Shown here piece by piece: positions 16,181 through 26,215 of a DNA stretch of 64,000 nucleotides (its first letter is position 1; each line of letters starts with the position of its first letter). The stretch covers positions 30,742-94,741 of the forward strand of contig CBDFFN010000012.1 of assembly GCA_965246795.1 (NCBI GenBank), read 5' to 3'. Position numbers and translations under genes: made by a program. This DNA is from Beijerinckiaceae bacterium (GTDB lineage: Bacteria; Pseudomonadota; Alphaproteobacteria; Rhizobiales; Beijerinckiaceae). The notes beneath the pieces were generated by a model, which made no database searches, was not told the origin of the DNA, and saw only the letters and a program-made list of their open reading frames with translations.

Positions 16181-16324
16181 AGCCGGCTCGTAGCCGTTTT
16201 CCGCCCGTCCCGAAAGGCGAACGGCAGCGGTACGGCCGTCACACCGTTGCCGCCTTGACCCCTCACGGGAAAGCTCCTGTTATGCCGGCCGACCCGTCGA
16301 CCGCCGCGTCACCACAAGGCTTCC

Positions 16325-17344
16325 ATGAGACCCGTTGTTCGCATTTCGATTCTGTTGGCCGGCGTCATGGTCGCGGCAAGCGCCGCTACGGCCGGTCCCA
16401 CGATCGACCAGGTCCGCAAGCGCGGACAGCTCGTATGCGGCGTCAATCCCGGCGTGGCCGGCTTCGGGTCTTCCGACGAACGCGGCAACTGGAACGGGTT
16501 TGATGTCGACTTCTGCCGCGCCGTCGCCGCCGCGCTCTTCAACGATCCGACAAAGGTCCGTTTCGTCCCGTTGAACGCCAAGGATCGGCTGTCGGCGCTG
16601 CAGAACAGCGAGATCGATATCCTCTCGCGCAACACGAGCTACACACTCTCGCGCGAGGCGACGCAGGGCCTCGAATTCGGCGCCATCACCTATTTCGATG
16701 GCCAGGGTTTCATGGTTCGAAAGAAGCTCAACTTGTCGTCCGCGCTGGAGCTGTCCAACGCGACGGTTTGCGTGCAGCAGGACACGACGACCGAGCTTAA
16801 TCTCGCCGACTTTTTTCGCGCGCACAGTATGAGTTACGAACCCGTTATCGCAACCAACACCGGCGAAGCGATTAAGTCCTACGACAGCGGGCGCTGTAAC
16901 GCCTTTACGACCGACATTTCGCAGCTCTACGCCGAGCGCACCAAGCTCGGCGCGCCGGAAGAGCACGTCGTGTTGCCGGAGGTGATCTCGAAGGAACCGC
17001 TAGGACCCGCCGTCAGGCAGGGCGACGACCAGTGGTATAACATCGTCAAATGGGTGCATTACGCGACGGTCGCGGCGGAAGAGGCCGAGATCACGTCGAA
17101 AAACGTCGACGACAAGATGAAGGACCCGAGCCCCAATACGAAACGGTTGCTTGGCACGGAAGGTAATTTCGGCGAACCGATGGGGCTCACGGCGGACTGG
17201 GCTTACCGCATCATCAAGCACGTCGGGAACTACGGCGAGATTTTCGACCGCAATCTTGGCGAGGGCTCGAAGCTGAAGATCAAGCGCGGCGTCAACGCGC
17301 TGTGGACGAAGAACGGCCTGCAATACGCGCCGCCAATCAGGTGA
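16325..17344 (+). CDS. Amino-acid ABC transporter substrate-binding protein, general L-amino-acid AapJ/BztA-like
   Basis: Signal peptide; family 3 SBP fold hallmarks (GVNPGVAGFG.. NGFDVDFCRAVAAALF); no cognate permease genes adjacent. Confidence 0.75.
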   Translation: MRPVVRISILLAGVMVAASAATAGPTIDQVRKRGQLVCGVNPGVAGFGSSDERGNWNGFDVDFCRAVAAALFNDPTKVRFVPLNAKDRLSALQNSEIDILSRNTSYTLSREATQGLEFGAITYFDGQGFMVRKKLNLSSALELSNATVCVQQDTTTELNLADFFRAHSMSYEPVIATNTGEAIKSYDSGRCNAFTTDISQLYAERTKLGAPEEHVVLPEVISKEPLGPAVRQGDDQWYNIVKWVHYATVAAEEAEITSKNVDDKMKDPSPNTKRLLGTEGNFGEPMGLTADWAYRIIKHVGNYGEIFDRNLGEGSKLKIKRGVNALWTKNGLQYAPPIR

Positions 17345-17430
17345 CGGCGAGGCGTGACCTGACCTAAGGGTTAATCGCCTCTTAAGCACTTGCCGCCCAT
17401 GCTCCCGGACAGGAATTCCGGAGCGTATGG

Positions 17431-18918
17431 ATGAAATTCGTCGAGACGGCAGTGATCGGCGCCGGCCCGGCCGGACTGGTCGCGGCCTACACGCTTAGCG
17501 GCGCCGGACACGATGTCGTCGTCTTCGAGCAGGACGAAACCTACGTGGGCGGCATCAGCCGCACGGTCGACTACAAAGGCTTTCTCTTCGATATCGGCGG
17601 TCACCGCTTCTTCTCGAAATCGAAAGAGATCGTCGATCTCTGGAACGAGATCCTGCCCGACGATTTCATCGATCGGCCGCGGCTTTCGCGTATCTACTAT
17701 GACGGCAAATTCTACGCTTATCCCTTGAAGGCGTTCGAGGCGCTTTTCAATCTGGGCCTGCTGAAGAGTACAGCCTGCGTCGCCTCCTTCGCCTGGGCGA
17801 AAGTGTTTCCGCTCGGCAATCCGAAGACCTTCCACGGCTGGGTTCGCAATCAGTTCGGCGAGAAGCTTTTCTCGATCTTCTTCAAGACCTACACCGAGAA
17901 AGTGTGGGGCATGAGTTGCGACGACATCTCCGCCGATTGGGCGGCGCAGCGGATCAAGGGACTTAGTCTCGGCGCGGCGATCTTTGATGGCCTGCGACGT
18001 TCGCTCGGTCTCAAAAGAAAGGGCGATGGCGCAAAGTCGCTCATCGAGTCCTTCCGTTATCCGCGGCGCGGGCCCGGCATGATGTGGGAGGCCTGCGCGA
18101 AGAAGATCGTCGAAAGAGGCGGGCGTATCGCGATGGGCCGTCGTGTTACGAAACTCGCGTTCGACGAGGCCAGTAATATCTGGACGATCCATGCGACGGG
18201 TCCCGACGGCGCGGCCGAGTCTGTTGTCGCACGCCATGTGATTTCGTCGGCGCCGATCGCCGAACTCATGGGCGCCATCACGCCGACGCCACTGACGCTC
18301 TTGCATGCGCGTCAGCTGAAATACCGCGACTTCCTCACTGTCGTGCTCATCGCCAAAAACACGCAGGAATTGCCCGACAACTGGATTTACATCCACGATC
18401 CTGAAGTGAAGGTCGGCCGCGTACAGAACTTCCGCTCCTGGTCGCCGGAAATGATCCCCGACGCAACGTCCACGTGCCTCGGCCTCGAATACTTTTGCTT
18501 CGAGGGCGATGGGCTGTGGAGCGCGACGGACAGCGAATTGATCGAGCTCGCCAAGCGCGAAATCTCGAAGGTCGGCCTCATGCAAGCCGACGACGTCGTC
18601 GATGCATCCGTCGTTCGGCAGGCAAAGGCATATCCCGTCTATGACGACAGCTACGCGCGCAACGTCGAGACGATCCGCTTCGAAATCGCGACACGTTTCC
18701 CCGGCCTGCATCTCGTCGGCCGCAACGGAATGCACAAGTACAACAACCAGGACCATGCGATGATGACAGGGCTGCTGACGGCGCTCAACATCGTCGAGGG
18801 CCGTCCCGTGCACGACGTGTGGTCGGTCAACGAGGACGCCGAATATTCGGAGGCCGGCGTGTCTGGCGCACGCGAGGCTCTGGCGTCCGTGCGCCTTGTC
18901 CCGACGAAAGCGGCGTGA
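17431..18918 (+). CDS. NAD(P)/FAD-dependent oxidoreductase, amine-oxidase / UDP-galactopyranose-mutase-like fold
   Basis: N-terminal GxGxxG ([15 protein letters not shown]); GR2-family length. Confidence 0.75.
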   Translation: MKFVETAVIGAGPAGLVAAYTLSGAGHDVVVFEQDETYVGGISRTVDYKGFLFDIGGHRFFSKSKEIVDLWNEILPDDFIDRPRLSRIYYDGKFYAYPLKAFEALFNLGLLKSTACVASFAWAKVFPLGNPKTFHGWVRNQFGEKLFSIFFKTYTEKVWGMSCDDISADWAAQRIKGLSLGAAIFDGLRRSLGLKRKGDGAKSLIESFRYPRRGPGMMWEACAKKIVERGGRIAMGRRVTKLAFDEASNIWTIHATGPDGAAESVVARHVISSAPIAELMGAITPTPLTLLHARQLKYRDFLTVVLIAKNTQELPDNWIYIHDPEVKVGRVQNFRSWSPEMIPDATSTCLGLEYFCFEGDGLWSATDSELIELAKREISKVGLMQADDVVDASVVRQAKAYPVYDDSYARNVETIRFEIATRFPGLHLVGRNGMHKYNNQDHAMMTGLLTALNIVEGRPVHDVWSVNEDAEYSEAGVSGAREALASVRLVPTKAA

Positions 18919-19313
18919 ACGCGCTCGCGCGTGACGGGGTCCGCTATTTCGGCGTCAGCGTCGCTGCGCTCGGCGTCGACTACGGCTTGCTTGCCGGACT
19001 GCATCGCATCGTCGGCATGCACTACCTCGCCGCGGGAACATTCTCTTTTGCCGCCGGCCTCGTCGTCGCGTGGACGGCGAGCGCGGCCTTCGTGTTCGAC
19101 GGCCGCCGCAAGTTTTCCCGCACGCACGAATTCCTGGGCTTTGTAGCGACCGGCGTTGCAGGGTTGGTACTGACGCAGGTTTTGATGCTGCTGATTGTCG
19201 ATACATCAGGCGTCGCACCGGAGCTGGCAAAAATTCCGGTCGCGGGCTGTGTGTTCGTGTTCAATTTTACCAGCCGTCGCGCGCTGCTGTTTGCACGCGC
19301 CGCGACTGCGTAG
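18915..19313 (+). CDS. GtrA-family membrane protein, putative lipid-linked sugar translocation
   Basis: About 130 aa with four transmembrane helices; GtrA-like segment [16 protein letters not shown]...FVFNFTSRR; GTG start overlaps the upstream stop. Confidence 0.7.
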   Translation: MNALARDGVRYFGVSVAALGVDYGLLAGLHRIVGMHYLAAGTFSFAAGLVVAWTASAAFVFDGRRKFSRTHEFLGFVATGVAGLVLTQVLMLLIVDTSGVAPELAKIPVAGCVFVFNFTSRRALLFARAATA

Positions 19314-19314
19314 A

Positions 19315-21120
19315 TCAACGCGCAATCGCGAAGACCGACAGAGCAGGGCCTCGCGAAATCGGGCGCAACCACGATGGCGTGTTTCCCGCCAGCAATTGCG
19401 CCGCGAGACCGTCAGGCGCGCGTGCTGCTAGCATCTTCATCTGCGTCATGCCGGGGCAGACTGCGAGCAGCGTCGCACTCGATTGTGCAATGAGCGAGCG
19501 CGCCGCATCGGGCGTTGCAAGAAATGCTTCGAGCGACAGGCGGTTGCCGACATTGTCGCGGTGATAGGGCGCTGCAATCGCCGCATGCGGCGTATGAGCA
19601 AGAATATGCGAGCCGAGATCGATCGGACCGAGCACGGTGCTCGGCAGTAGTGCCGCGAGCGGCGCCAGAGCATCGGGCATCAGGCAAGCCATACCGGTGC
19701 CCTGCGTCGGCGTGTCGTCTGCAGGCAATGCGAAAGCGAGTGGCAAAGGTGCAAACACGAGCCCGACGACGGCGACGATGCACAGGCGCGCGGCGCGCGA
19801 CAGCGACGTCGCAGACAGCCGATCGGCGCAGCGTAGGATGGCCGGTGCGGCGACAATGGCCGCGAGCGGCAGACCCGTCGACAACATGCGAATGCCCCAC
19901 ACGCTAGATGCGAGGCAGGCGAGCAAAAGCGCTGCGAGCAGCGCGTGTTTCGCGCGATCCGTCGCATCGCCACGCCATGACGAGGCTACAGACACGACAA
20001 ACGCCGAGACGATAGGCAGAACAAGCGCGAGCCCGGTCCAGAAATGCGTGTGCAGGAAGGCAGGGAGGGGCTCCACCTCGACGACGTTGCGCAACCAGAG
20101 TTCGCGCACCAGCGGATCGAGCCCGGTGAAGGGATCGCCAAGGCATTTCGGTGCGACAAGCACGACTGTGAGGAGCGGGAGCGGCGCAAAAGCGAGCAGC
20201 GTAAGAATTCTTGCGCGCAGACTTTGCAGGCGCCGCGATAGTGTGCCGAGCGTCCCGAGCACGGCGCAGCCAGCAATACCGCCTGAAAAATGCGCGATGG
20301 AATAAGCGTCGCAGACGGCATCGCCGCGATGTCCCGGCCCGACTGTCGCGAAGAACAGAGCGATCAGGCTCGCCGCGAAGCCACCAGCGAAGGCGAGCAT
20401 GGCGGGGCGTGATGTGTTGCCGCGGAGAACGAACACGAACGGATAGGATGCGCCAACGATCGCGATGGTTGGCACGTTCTCGAGGCTGATCGCTAACGAC
20501 ATCGCCGCACAGAACCCGGCCACGAGCGCCGCGCGCAAGGAACCATCGAAAGCGCGTAGCGTCGCGCCGGTCATCAGCACGACCAGCAGGATCTGCGGCG
20601 CGTGATGATCGATGCGGCCGGGAACGAACTGGCCGAGAAACGGTGCACCGAGGAAGCAGAAGACGATCGCCGGCACGCGCGCGCGGGCTGCGCCCAGTGC
20701 TGTCGCGGCCGTGCCGCAAGCTGCCATCAGGGCAACGCATAGAGCCGCGGGGAAGATCAACCGTGCAAGCCGCTCGGCGCTTTCGGCGCCGAGGAACGGC
20801 TGCGCGAGCATCTGCAGCGCTGCGAGTGGCATATCGACGACGCGAGACCAGTGCATGAACATGCCGCGCGGCGGGTCCATGCGCGCAATCGAAAGATCGT
20901 ACCAGCTCTGGCCACCAAGCCATTGGCGAACCTGCACGGCCCGCGCGGCATCGTCGGAGTCGAAGAAGGCCCCCGTACGCCACACGACGCCCGTGCGGTC
21001 GAGCGTAATGAGTGTCGCAAGCGCCAGACAGCCGAGGATCGCGAGCAGAGCGCGCGATGGCATCGCGGGGGCGCGCGCCTTTGTCGAGACAGAGGAAGCC
21101 AAAGCGACGGTTCCGGTCAT
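19315..21120 (-). CDS. Polytopic membrane glycosyltransferase, family 39 / ArnT-like
   Basis: About 12 transmembrane segments with N-terminal loop motifs typical of GT-C enzymes; sits in a GtrA/oxidoreductase neighbourhood; start may be the internal ATG at about 21063. Confidence 0.6.
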   Translation of the reverse strand: MTGTVALASSVSTKARAPAMPSRALLAILGCLALATLITLDRTGVVWRTGAFFDSDDAARAVQVRQWLGGQSWYDLSIARMDPPRGMFMHWSRVVDMPLAALQMLAQPFLGAESAERLARLIFPAALCVALMAACGTAATALGAARARVPAIVFCFLGAPFLGQFVPGRIDHHAPQILLVVLMTGATLRAFDGSLRAALVAGFCAAMSLAISLENVPTIAIVGASYPFVFVLRGNTSRPAMLAFAGGFAASLIALFFATVGPGHRGDAVCDAYSIAHFSGGIAGCAVLGTLGTLSRRLQSLRARILTLLAFAPLPLLTVVLVAPKCLGDPFTGLDPLVRELWLRNVVEVEPLPAFLHTHFWTGLALVLPIVSAFVVSVASSWRGDATDRAKHALLAALLLACLASSVWGIRMLSTGLPLAAIVAAPAILRCADRLSATSLSRAARLCIVAVVGLVFAPLPLAFALPADDTPTQGTGMACLMPDALAPLAALLPSTVLGPIDLGSHILAHTPHAAIAAPYHRDNVGNRLSLEAFLATPDAARSLIAQSSATLLAVCPGMTQMKMLAARAPDGLAAQLLAGNTPSWLRPISRGPALSVFAIAR

Positions 21121-21178
21121 GACCTGATCATGCTAGCGCCGGCTTGCCAGAGCGTTGATGGCGGTGCACGCTTCCGCC

Positions 21179-21718
21179 CTACGTCAGGCGACGCTTTTGG
21201 AAACCCGGCATCATCGTCGCGCGGCGCGACGACAGGTTGCGCGAGTTGACCCCCATCCAGCCGATCTCGCCAGTCAGCCGTCCGTACTCGATTTTCGGAC
21301 AGCGGTTCATCACCACGCGAAGCCCCGCAGCCTCGGCTCGCTCTGCGGCCTCGTCGTTTCGGACGGAAAGCTGCATCCAGATGACCTTCGGCAGCGGGCG
21401 CAATGCGAGCGCCTCGTCCACGATCGCACCGGCCGCTGCCGAATTGCGGAAAATATCGACCATGTCGATCGGGCCGGAAATATCGGCGAGGCTCGAAAAC
21501 ACAGGCACGCCGAGGATCGCGCCGCTTGCGAGGCCGGGATTTACGGCATGAACGGTGTACCCTCTCGAACGAAGGTATTTCAGCGCGAGAAAGGAGGGCC
21601 GCGCCGGATTGTCGGACGCGCCCACCATCGCAATGACCTTCACTTCGTCAAGTATTTTACGAATGAAGTCATCGCTATAGACGAGCGGTTTGATGTCGTC
21701 TGCGAGCGGCGTTTCCAT
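21179..21718 (-). CDS. CoA-binding domain protein, YccU/YneT-like
   Basis: VIAMVGASDNPARPSF..YLRSRGYTVHAVNP Rossmann-like CoA-binding motif; start uncertain. Confidence 0.65.
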   Translation of the reverse strand: METPLADDIKPLVYSDDFIRKILDEVKVIAMVGASDNPARPSFLALKYLRSRGYTVHAVNPGLASGAILGVPVFSSLADISGPIDMVDIFRNSAAAGAIVDEALALRPLPKVIWMQLSVRNDEAAERAEAAGLRVVMNRCPKIEYGRLTGEIGWMGVNSRNLSSRRATMMPGFQKRRLT

Positions 21719-22509
21719 CAGTTCTGGCGTCCGATGAGGTAAGTGAGCCGCCACCCGTCGCGAGTCTGGCGCACACAGAGAGCCTCGGGCGCGAGCTCAT
21801 CGAGCGTGACGCCTTCCGCGAAACCGACGCCGCCCGCCGGTAGTGCGAGCGCCGTCCAGCCGTCGGGTGCGACCGTGCCGTGTCCCGTCACAAGCGGCAC
21901 GAGCGCGCCTTTCGGCAATGTCACGGCAACAGGCGCGGCGCGATCGGTGCGTCCCCTTGCTTCGATCGACGCCGCCGCAATCCGGAACGTCGAGGCCTCG
22001 ATGTCGAGCGCCTTGGCCAGCTCCTTCGCCTTGGACCGATCGATGGCGGGCAGAGCGGGCAGGCAGGCAGCGTCACCGAGCTCGGCAACGGGGCCGGGCG
22101 CGCCTGACACTGTGAGCAGCGAGTCGAGCAGGCCCCACATGGCCTCGTCGCGCGTCTTCGCGTCGACGGACTTGTCATCCTTGCCGCCGCAGCAAAGCGC
22201 GAGCCGGAGCTTGTCGAGCGGCGTCTTGCCCGCACGGACGGCCGGCACGCGGCCGGGCGCACAATGCTCAGTCGGGTCGGCAGAGCAGGAGAGGGCGGCG
22301 AAATCCGACGCCAACAGTGCACCGAGCCGCTTCGCATCCTTAGCGGCAATTGCCGCGCGCAATGCTGTGAAAGTCTCTGCCGCCGCGGGTGTCGCCGCGG
22401 CGGGCGTTGTTACGACAAGAAGTTCGTAGGCCGGCGTCTTAATCGGCGCCTGCGCGTGGGCGGCAACCGTAGCGAAAATCAGAACGGCGGCGGGCAGGGT
22501 ACAGCGCAT
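21718..22509 (-). CDS. Secreted hypothetical protein
   Basis: Signal peptide MRCTLPAAVLIFATVAAHA; Ala-rich with several Cys; no known motif. Confidence 0.45.
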   Translation of the reverse strand: MRCTLPAAVLIFATVAAHAQAPIKTPAYELLVVTTPAAATPAAAETFTALRAAIAAKDAKRLGALLASDFAALSCSADPTEHCAPGRVPAVRAGKTPLDKLRLALCCGGKDDKSVDAKTRDEAMWGLLDSLLTVSGAPGPVAELGDAACLPALPAIDRSKAKELAKALDIEASTFRIAAASIEARGRTDRAAPVAVTLPKGALVPLVTGHGTVAPDGWTALALPAGGVGFAEGVTLDELAPEALCVRQTRDGWRLTYLIGRQN

Positions 22510-22596
22510 GGCGGACTTTTGCCGTCCGCCGCTCACGCGTTCAAGTCTCGCAGTCGCATCCCAAGTTGCTTTTCGCGAGGCGAAAGCCTCGAAATG

Positions 22597-22971
22597 TCAG
22601 GCGCTCTCGGCGAGAACGACCATGCCTGACTGCGTCTCGACGCAAATTTCCCGCATGCCGTGCGAAAACACGGGCTCGCCGACCTGGCGGCCCGGCACCT
22701 GTGCCACGGCCGACGCGAGATCGTCGACGCGGATGTAGAAACACGGCTCCGACCGCAGCGCCGCGAGCGCGGCGGCAGGCAGACGCCGCTTCGCGAATTT
22801 TTCGGAAACGACTGTCACGCCGTTTTCGCGCGGTGAAAATTCCATCCAGTTGGCATTGGGCGCGAGCGTGGGATCGCCGAGAATCAGCGCTGTCACATGT
22901 CGGGATTGCCGAGGCAAAGACGTCATCTCCGGTGAATCCAGCGGTAGAATCCAAACCGCTGAATCGGTCAA
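22597..22971 (-). CDS. Hypothetical protein apparently co-transcribed with lexA
   Basis: Start overlaps the lexA stop by 4 nt; coding-like composition; no recognised domain. Confidence 0.45.
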   Translation of the reverse strand: MTDSAVWILPLDSPEMTSLPRQSRHVTALILGDPTLAPNANWMEFSPRENGVTVVSEKFAKRRLPAAALAALRSEPCFYIRVDDLASAVAQVPGRQVGEPVFSHGMREICVETQSGMVVLAESA

Positions 22972-23669
22972 TAGGCGCGCAGCAGGCTGATCAACTTGCC
23001 CTGTATGCGCACGCGGTCCGGACCGAAGATGCGTGTCTCGTAAGAAGGATTGGCGGCTTCGAGCGCTATGGAGGCGCCACGTTTGCGCAGGCGCTTCAGC
23101 GTCGCTTCCTCATCGTCGATGAGCGCAACAACGATGTCGCCGGTCTCGGCCGTCTCCTGCTTGCGCAGGATCACTGTGTCGCCATCGAGAATGCCGGCTT
23201 CGATCATAGAGTCGCCGCGCACTTCCAGCGCATAATGATCGCCGGCGCCGAGAAAATCAGGCGGCATCGGGATCGTATGGCTGCGCGACTGCAGCGCCTC
23301 GATCGGAGTACCGGCAGCGATGCGACCCATTACGGGGATCGCGACATGCACGGGCACGTCGGCCTCCGACGTTCTTGGGCGAATGCGGCCAAGACTGCCC
23401 TCGATGACGGATGGCGCGAAGCGGCCGCGCGACGGCGACGCTGCGGGCGTCGCGCCCTCGGGCAGGCGGATCACTTCAAGCGCACGGGCGCGGTTCGGCA
23501 GGCGGCGGATGAAGCCGCGCTCTTCTAGAGCCATGATGAGGCGATGGATGCCGGACTTCGAACGCAGATCCAGCGCGTCCTTCATCTCGTCGAAGGACGG
23601 CGGCACGCCGCTTTCCTTCAGGCGCTCGTGGATGAAGCGTAGCAGCTCGCTCTGCTTGCGTGTGAGCAT
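22968..23669 (-). CDS. lexA: LexA repressor
   Basis: N-terminal winged HTH ([18 protein letters not shown]...); Ala-Gly cleavage site ([10 protein letters not shown]); S24 peptidase Ser/Lys (GDSM ... KRL). Confidence 0.9.
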   Translation of the reverse strand: MLTRKQSELLRFIHERLKESGVPPSFDEMKDALDLRSKSGIHRLIMALEERGFIRRLPNRARALEVIRLPEGATPAASPSRGRFAPSVIEGSLGRIRPRTSEADVPVHVAIPVMGRIAAGTPIEALQSRSHTIPMPPDFLGAGDHYALEVRGDSMIEAGILDGDTVILRKQETAETGDIVVALIDDEEATLKRLRKRGASIALEAANPSYETRIFGPDRVRIQGKLISLLRAY

Positions 23670-23771
23670 CGACGGTCCCGTTCGCGCGTCGGGAGACCCG
23701 AATCGCTGTTGTTGCCCCAGTCGGCGCGAACCTCGGCGAGTCGGCTAAACAAAGGGTGAACACATTTAACC

Positions 23772-23786
23772 GTTCGCGATGTGTTC
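23772..23786. promoter_or_regulatory. Alphaproteobacterial SOS box GTTC-N7-GTTC between lexA and a divergent secreted-protein gene
   Basis: GTTCGCGATGTGTTC, 103 bp upstream of the lexA start and 72 bp upstream of the plus-strand gene start. Confidence 0.6.
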
Positions 23787-23857
23787 CGTCAACTTTGAGC
23801 CTAAGAAATGTTGCTCGTGTCAACTCTGCCCGCTATCGAGGCCTTAAGGGGTCGTCA

Positions 23858-24841
23858 ATGAGAGCATTCGCATTCGCTGCCGCCGCCCTGCTGTCAGCAA
23901 CGGCGCCGGCAGTCGCCGACAGTTGCTACGACGTTTACGGCACCGGCAATTTCTCCTGCGACGAGCAGCAGCCGGCCCCGAAGCCCGCACCGGCACGCAA
24001 TCTTCGTAGCGACCTGCAGAAGCGAATGGCCGAGGCGAAACGCGCTGCCGAAGCGCAAACCTCCCGCGGGAACAAGGTTCGAGACGCGCAGGCACTGCTT
24101 GAAGGAGTAAAAGCGAAACTCGTGCGCAATGTCGCGCCGGAAGAACGAGCAGCGCTGCGCAAGGAATACGACAGCGCGACGCGCGATTTCCGCAACGCGG
24201 CTGACGCATTCATTGCAGGCGCACCGGCGGGCGAACGCGACGAGCGTCGCCAGCGTCGCGACGGCTTCCTTGCCGAAGTGGAGACGCTCGCGAAGGCCGC
24301 CGGCCTGTTCGATCTCGCGCCGGCGATGCAGCAGACGGCCGCCGTGCCGGACGCGCCGCGCCCGGAATGGCCGAAGAAGGTGCTTTGCGAGCCGAAGAAT
24401 AAGAGTGGCGTCGAGCGCTGCTATGAAGTCGGCCGGCGCGGTCTCTCTTGTACGCTCGTACTCGAGCAGAACGGCGAGCGCATGTGGTCGCAAAAGCAGC
24501 CGCGCTGTTCGAACACGTTTGCGCTCCAGTTGCGCAATGATCTCTTGCGCGGCGATGAACTTCCAACGTTTGGCAAGCTCACCCGCGCATCGAAACAAGC
24601 AGAGCCGGTTCCCGAAGCGCCTTCCGTCGATGTCGGCGAAGCGCTGGACACCGGCATTTCTGTCCTCGGCGCGCTCAGTGGTGTCGTCGGCGGCGCATCG
24701 GCGTTGGCCGGCGCATCGCGTGCCGGAGCCGCAACTTCAAGTGCTTCGTCGCTGACGCACGCAGCACGGTCGACGGTCGGCAACGGCGGGCCGACGCGGG
24801 CTCCAGCCGCGAACCGCAGCGACATCACCGGGACGCGGTAG
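23858..24841 (+). CDS. Secreted Cys-containing hypothetical protein, possibly SOS-regulated
   Basis: Signal peptide MRAFAFAAAALLSATAPAVA; charged coiled-coil-like middle; Gly/Ser/Ala-rich C-terminus. Confidence 0.5.
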   Translation: MRAFAFAAAALLSATAPAVADSCYDVYGTGNFSCDEQQPAPKPAPARNLRSDLQKRMAEAKRAAEAQTSRGNKVRDAQALLEGVKAKLVRNVAPEERAALRKEYDSATRDFRNAADAFIAGAPAGERDERRQRRDGFLAEVETLAKAAGLFDLAPAMQQTAAVPDAPRPEWPKKVLCEPKNKSGVERCYEVGRRGLSCTLVLEQNGERMWSQKQPRCSNTFALQLRNDLLRGDELPTFGKLTRASKQAEPVPEAPSVDVGEALDTGISVLGALSGVVGGASALAGASRAGAATSSASSLTHAARSTVGNGGPTRAPAANRSDITGTR

Positions 24842-24912
24842 GCAAGGCCTTCCGCCCAAGAAAAACCCCGCCGATCGCTCGGCGGGGTGCTGAATCACAT
24901 CAGGCGTGTTGC

Positions 24913-25203
24913 TCAGTAGCCGTAGCGCGGACCGCCGTAGCCGCCGCCGCCGTATCCACGACCGTAGCCACCGCCACCGTACCCGCCGCCATAAGCGCAA
25001 ACCAGATTACCGCTTTGGTTTTGCACCGCGCCGCCGGGGCAGGATCGCATGTCGATCGATGTCTGGATCGGGATGCCGTAATTGCCGAGGCAAGTTCCGC
25101 TCAGGATCGGTCCCTGACGGTTCAAGGAACAATTCTGCACCTGCGCCTCCGCCGTGCCGGCGAGGCAGAGCGTCAGGACCAGAAGGGAAGTGATGCGCAA
25201 CAT
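24913..25203 (-). CDS. Small secreted Gly/Tyr-rich protein
   Basis: AAGGAG RBS; signal peptide MLRITSLLVLTLCLAGTAEA; C-terminal (GGYG)n repeats. Confidence 0.5.
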   Translation of the reverse strand: MLRITSLLVLTLCLAGTAEAQVQNCSLNRQGPILSGTCLGNYGIPIQTSIDMRSCPGGAVQNQSGNLVCAYGGGYGGGGYGRGYGGGGYGGPRYGY

Positions 25204-26215
25204 TTTTGCTCCTTTGCCGGCACCGCGCCCGCGCTCGTCTCCCATGCGGTGCATGGGAGACCGTGCAGACCCAACGCCAAGTAGGTGGGCCTGTTACTTT
25301 TGTCTTATCGCGATCGACATGAACGTTAGCTGAGCAAGGCTTCGCGCCAGCTACCGGTGCCGCTGGTATATTTTCGGGGCTGCGCGGCAAGGCAACATGA
25401 GAAGACTTCGGCGCCAGCCTTACAATCAGGTGTAAGCCGTTCTCGATTTCGTGAGGCGCGACACGCGAAAGCGAACGTAGCATCGCCGCTATCGAAGAGG
25501 GGAACTCATCGTGACAAACTCGAATTCTCGCAATCTATGGCTCGCGACGACGGCGGCGGTCACGATACTCGGCATGACGGCGCAACCAGAGCTTCAGGGC
25601 GGGCCAGTCTTACAAGGACACTAGCGGCGGAGAGCCCAGCGAAGTTGGCGGTGAGGCCGCAAACAGACAGAAAGCGGACATGTCGCAGCGCAATGTCGAA
25701 GCGCTCGGTGTCGCCCTTGCGAAGAAGCCGCCGGGGCCGGGCACCGACCCCGGCACGGCGCCCGATGCGCAGAGCCGCAGTGGATCGAAGCCGGCTATCG
25801 TTTCGGGTAGCGCCTTTCTGAATGGTGGCAACGAGGACGCATCGGTCCGTGCCGAACGGCGGCGGCGGCGAAGGTGCGATGTTGGAAAACGCCGTCAAGA
25901 TCTAAAACGAGAAGCGGCAGTAATCGCCGGGGCGGCGTACACTGTCGAAAAAATTGGAGTGACGGTCGCGCCTCGCTCGACCGTCACGTAAATCCGAAAA
26001 TTACGGCGGCGCCGACGCGCTGCAAACGTCAGATATCGAGAGACGGCGCGAAGCGCCCGCATACCGATCGACGGCAGCAGGCCGGAACGACGATCTCGGG
26101 CGGCGCAGTTGTTAAGACCATCGAATGTTTTCGACAATCGATTCACCAATAACTCTCCCTTAACCGCAGCTCGCTTAAATCACGGCACAAACGTGGCGTT
26201 CGATGGGTTTGCGTA

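Noticed and set aside
19904-20983. 359-aa minus-strand ORF in an alternate frame of the GT39-like gene
   Set aside because: Same-strand alternate frame with Arg-rich composition; the polytopic-membrane frame is the coherent one.
25680-25991. 103-aa plus-strand ORF in the gene-poor spacer
   Set aside because: Coding-like codon bias only in its first half, an Arg-run in the middle and no RBS. Kept as a note under the spacer finding rather than as a feature.
26160-26185. TTAA...TTAA pair upstream of the nlpD-like gene
   Set aside because: The spacing is 11 nt rather than the 7 nt needed for a CtrA box.
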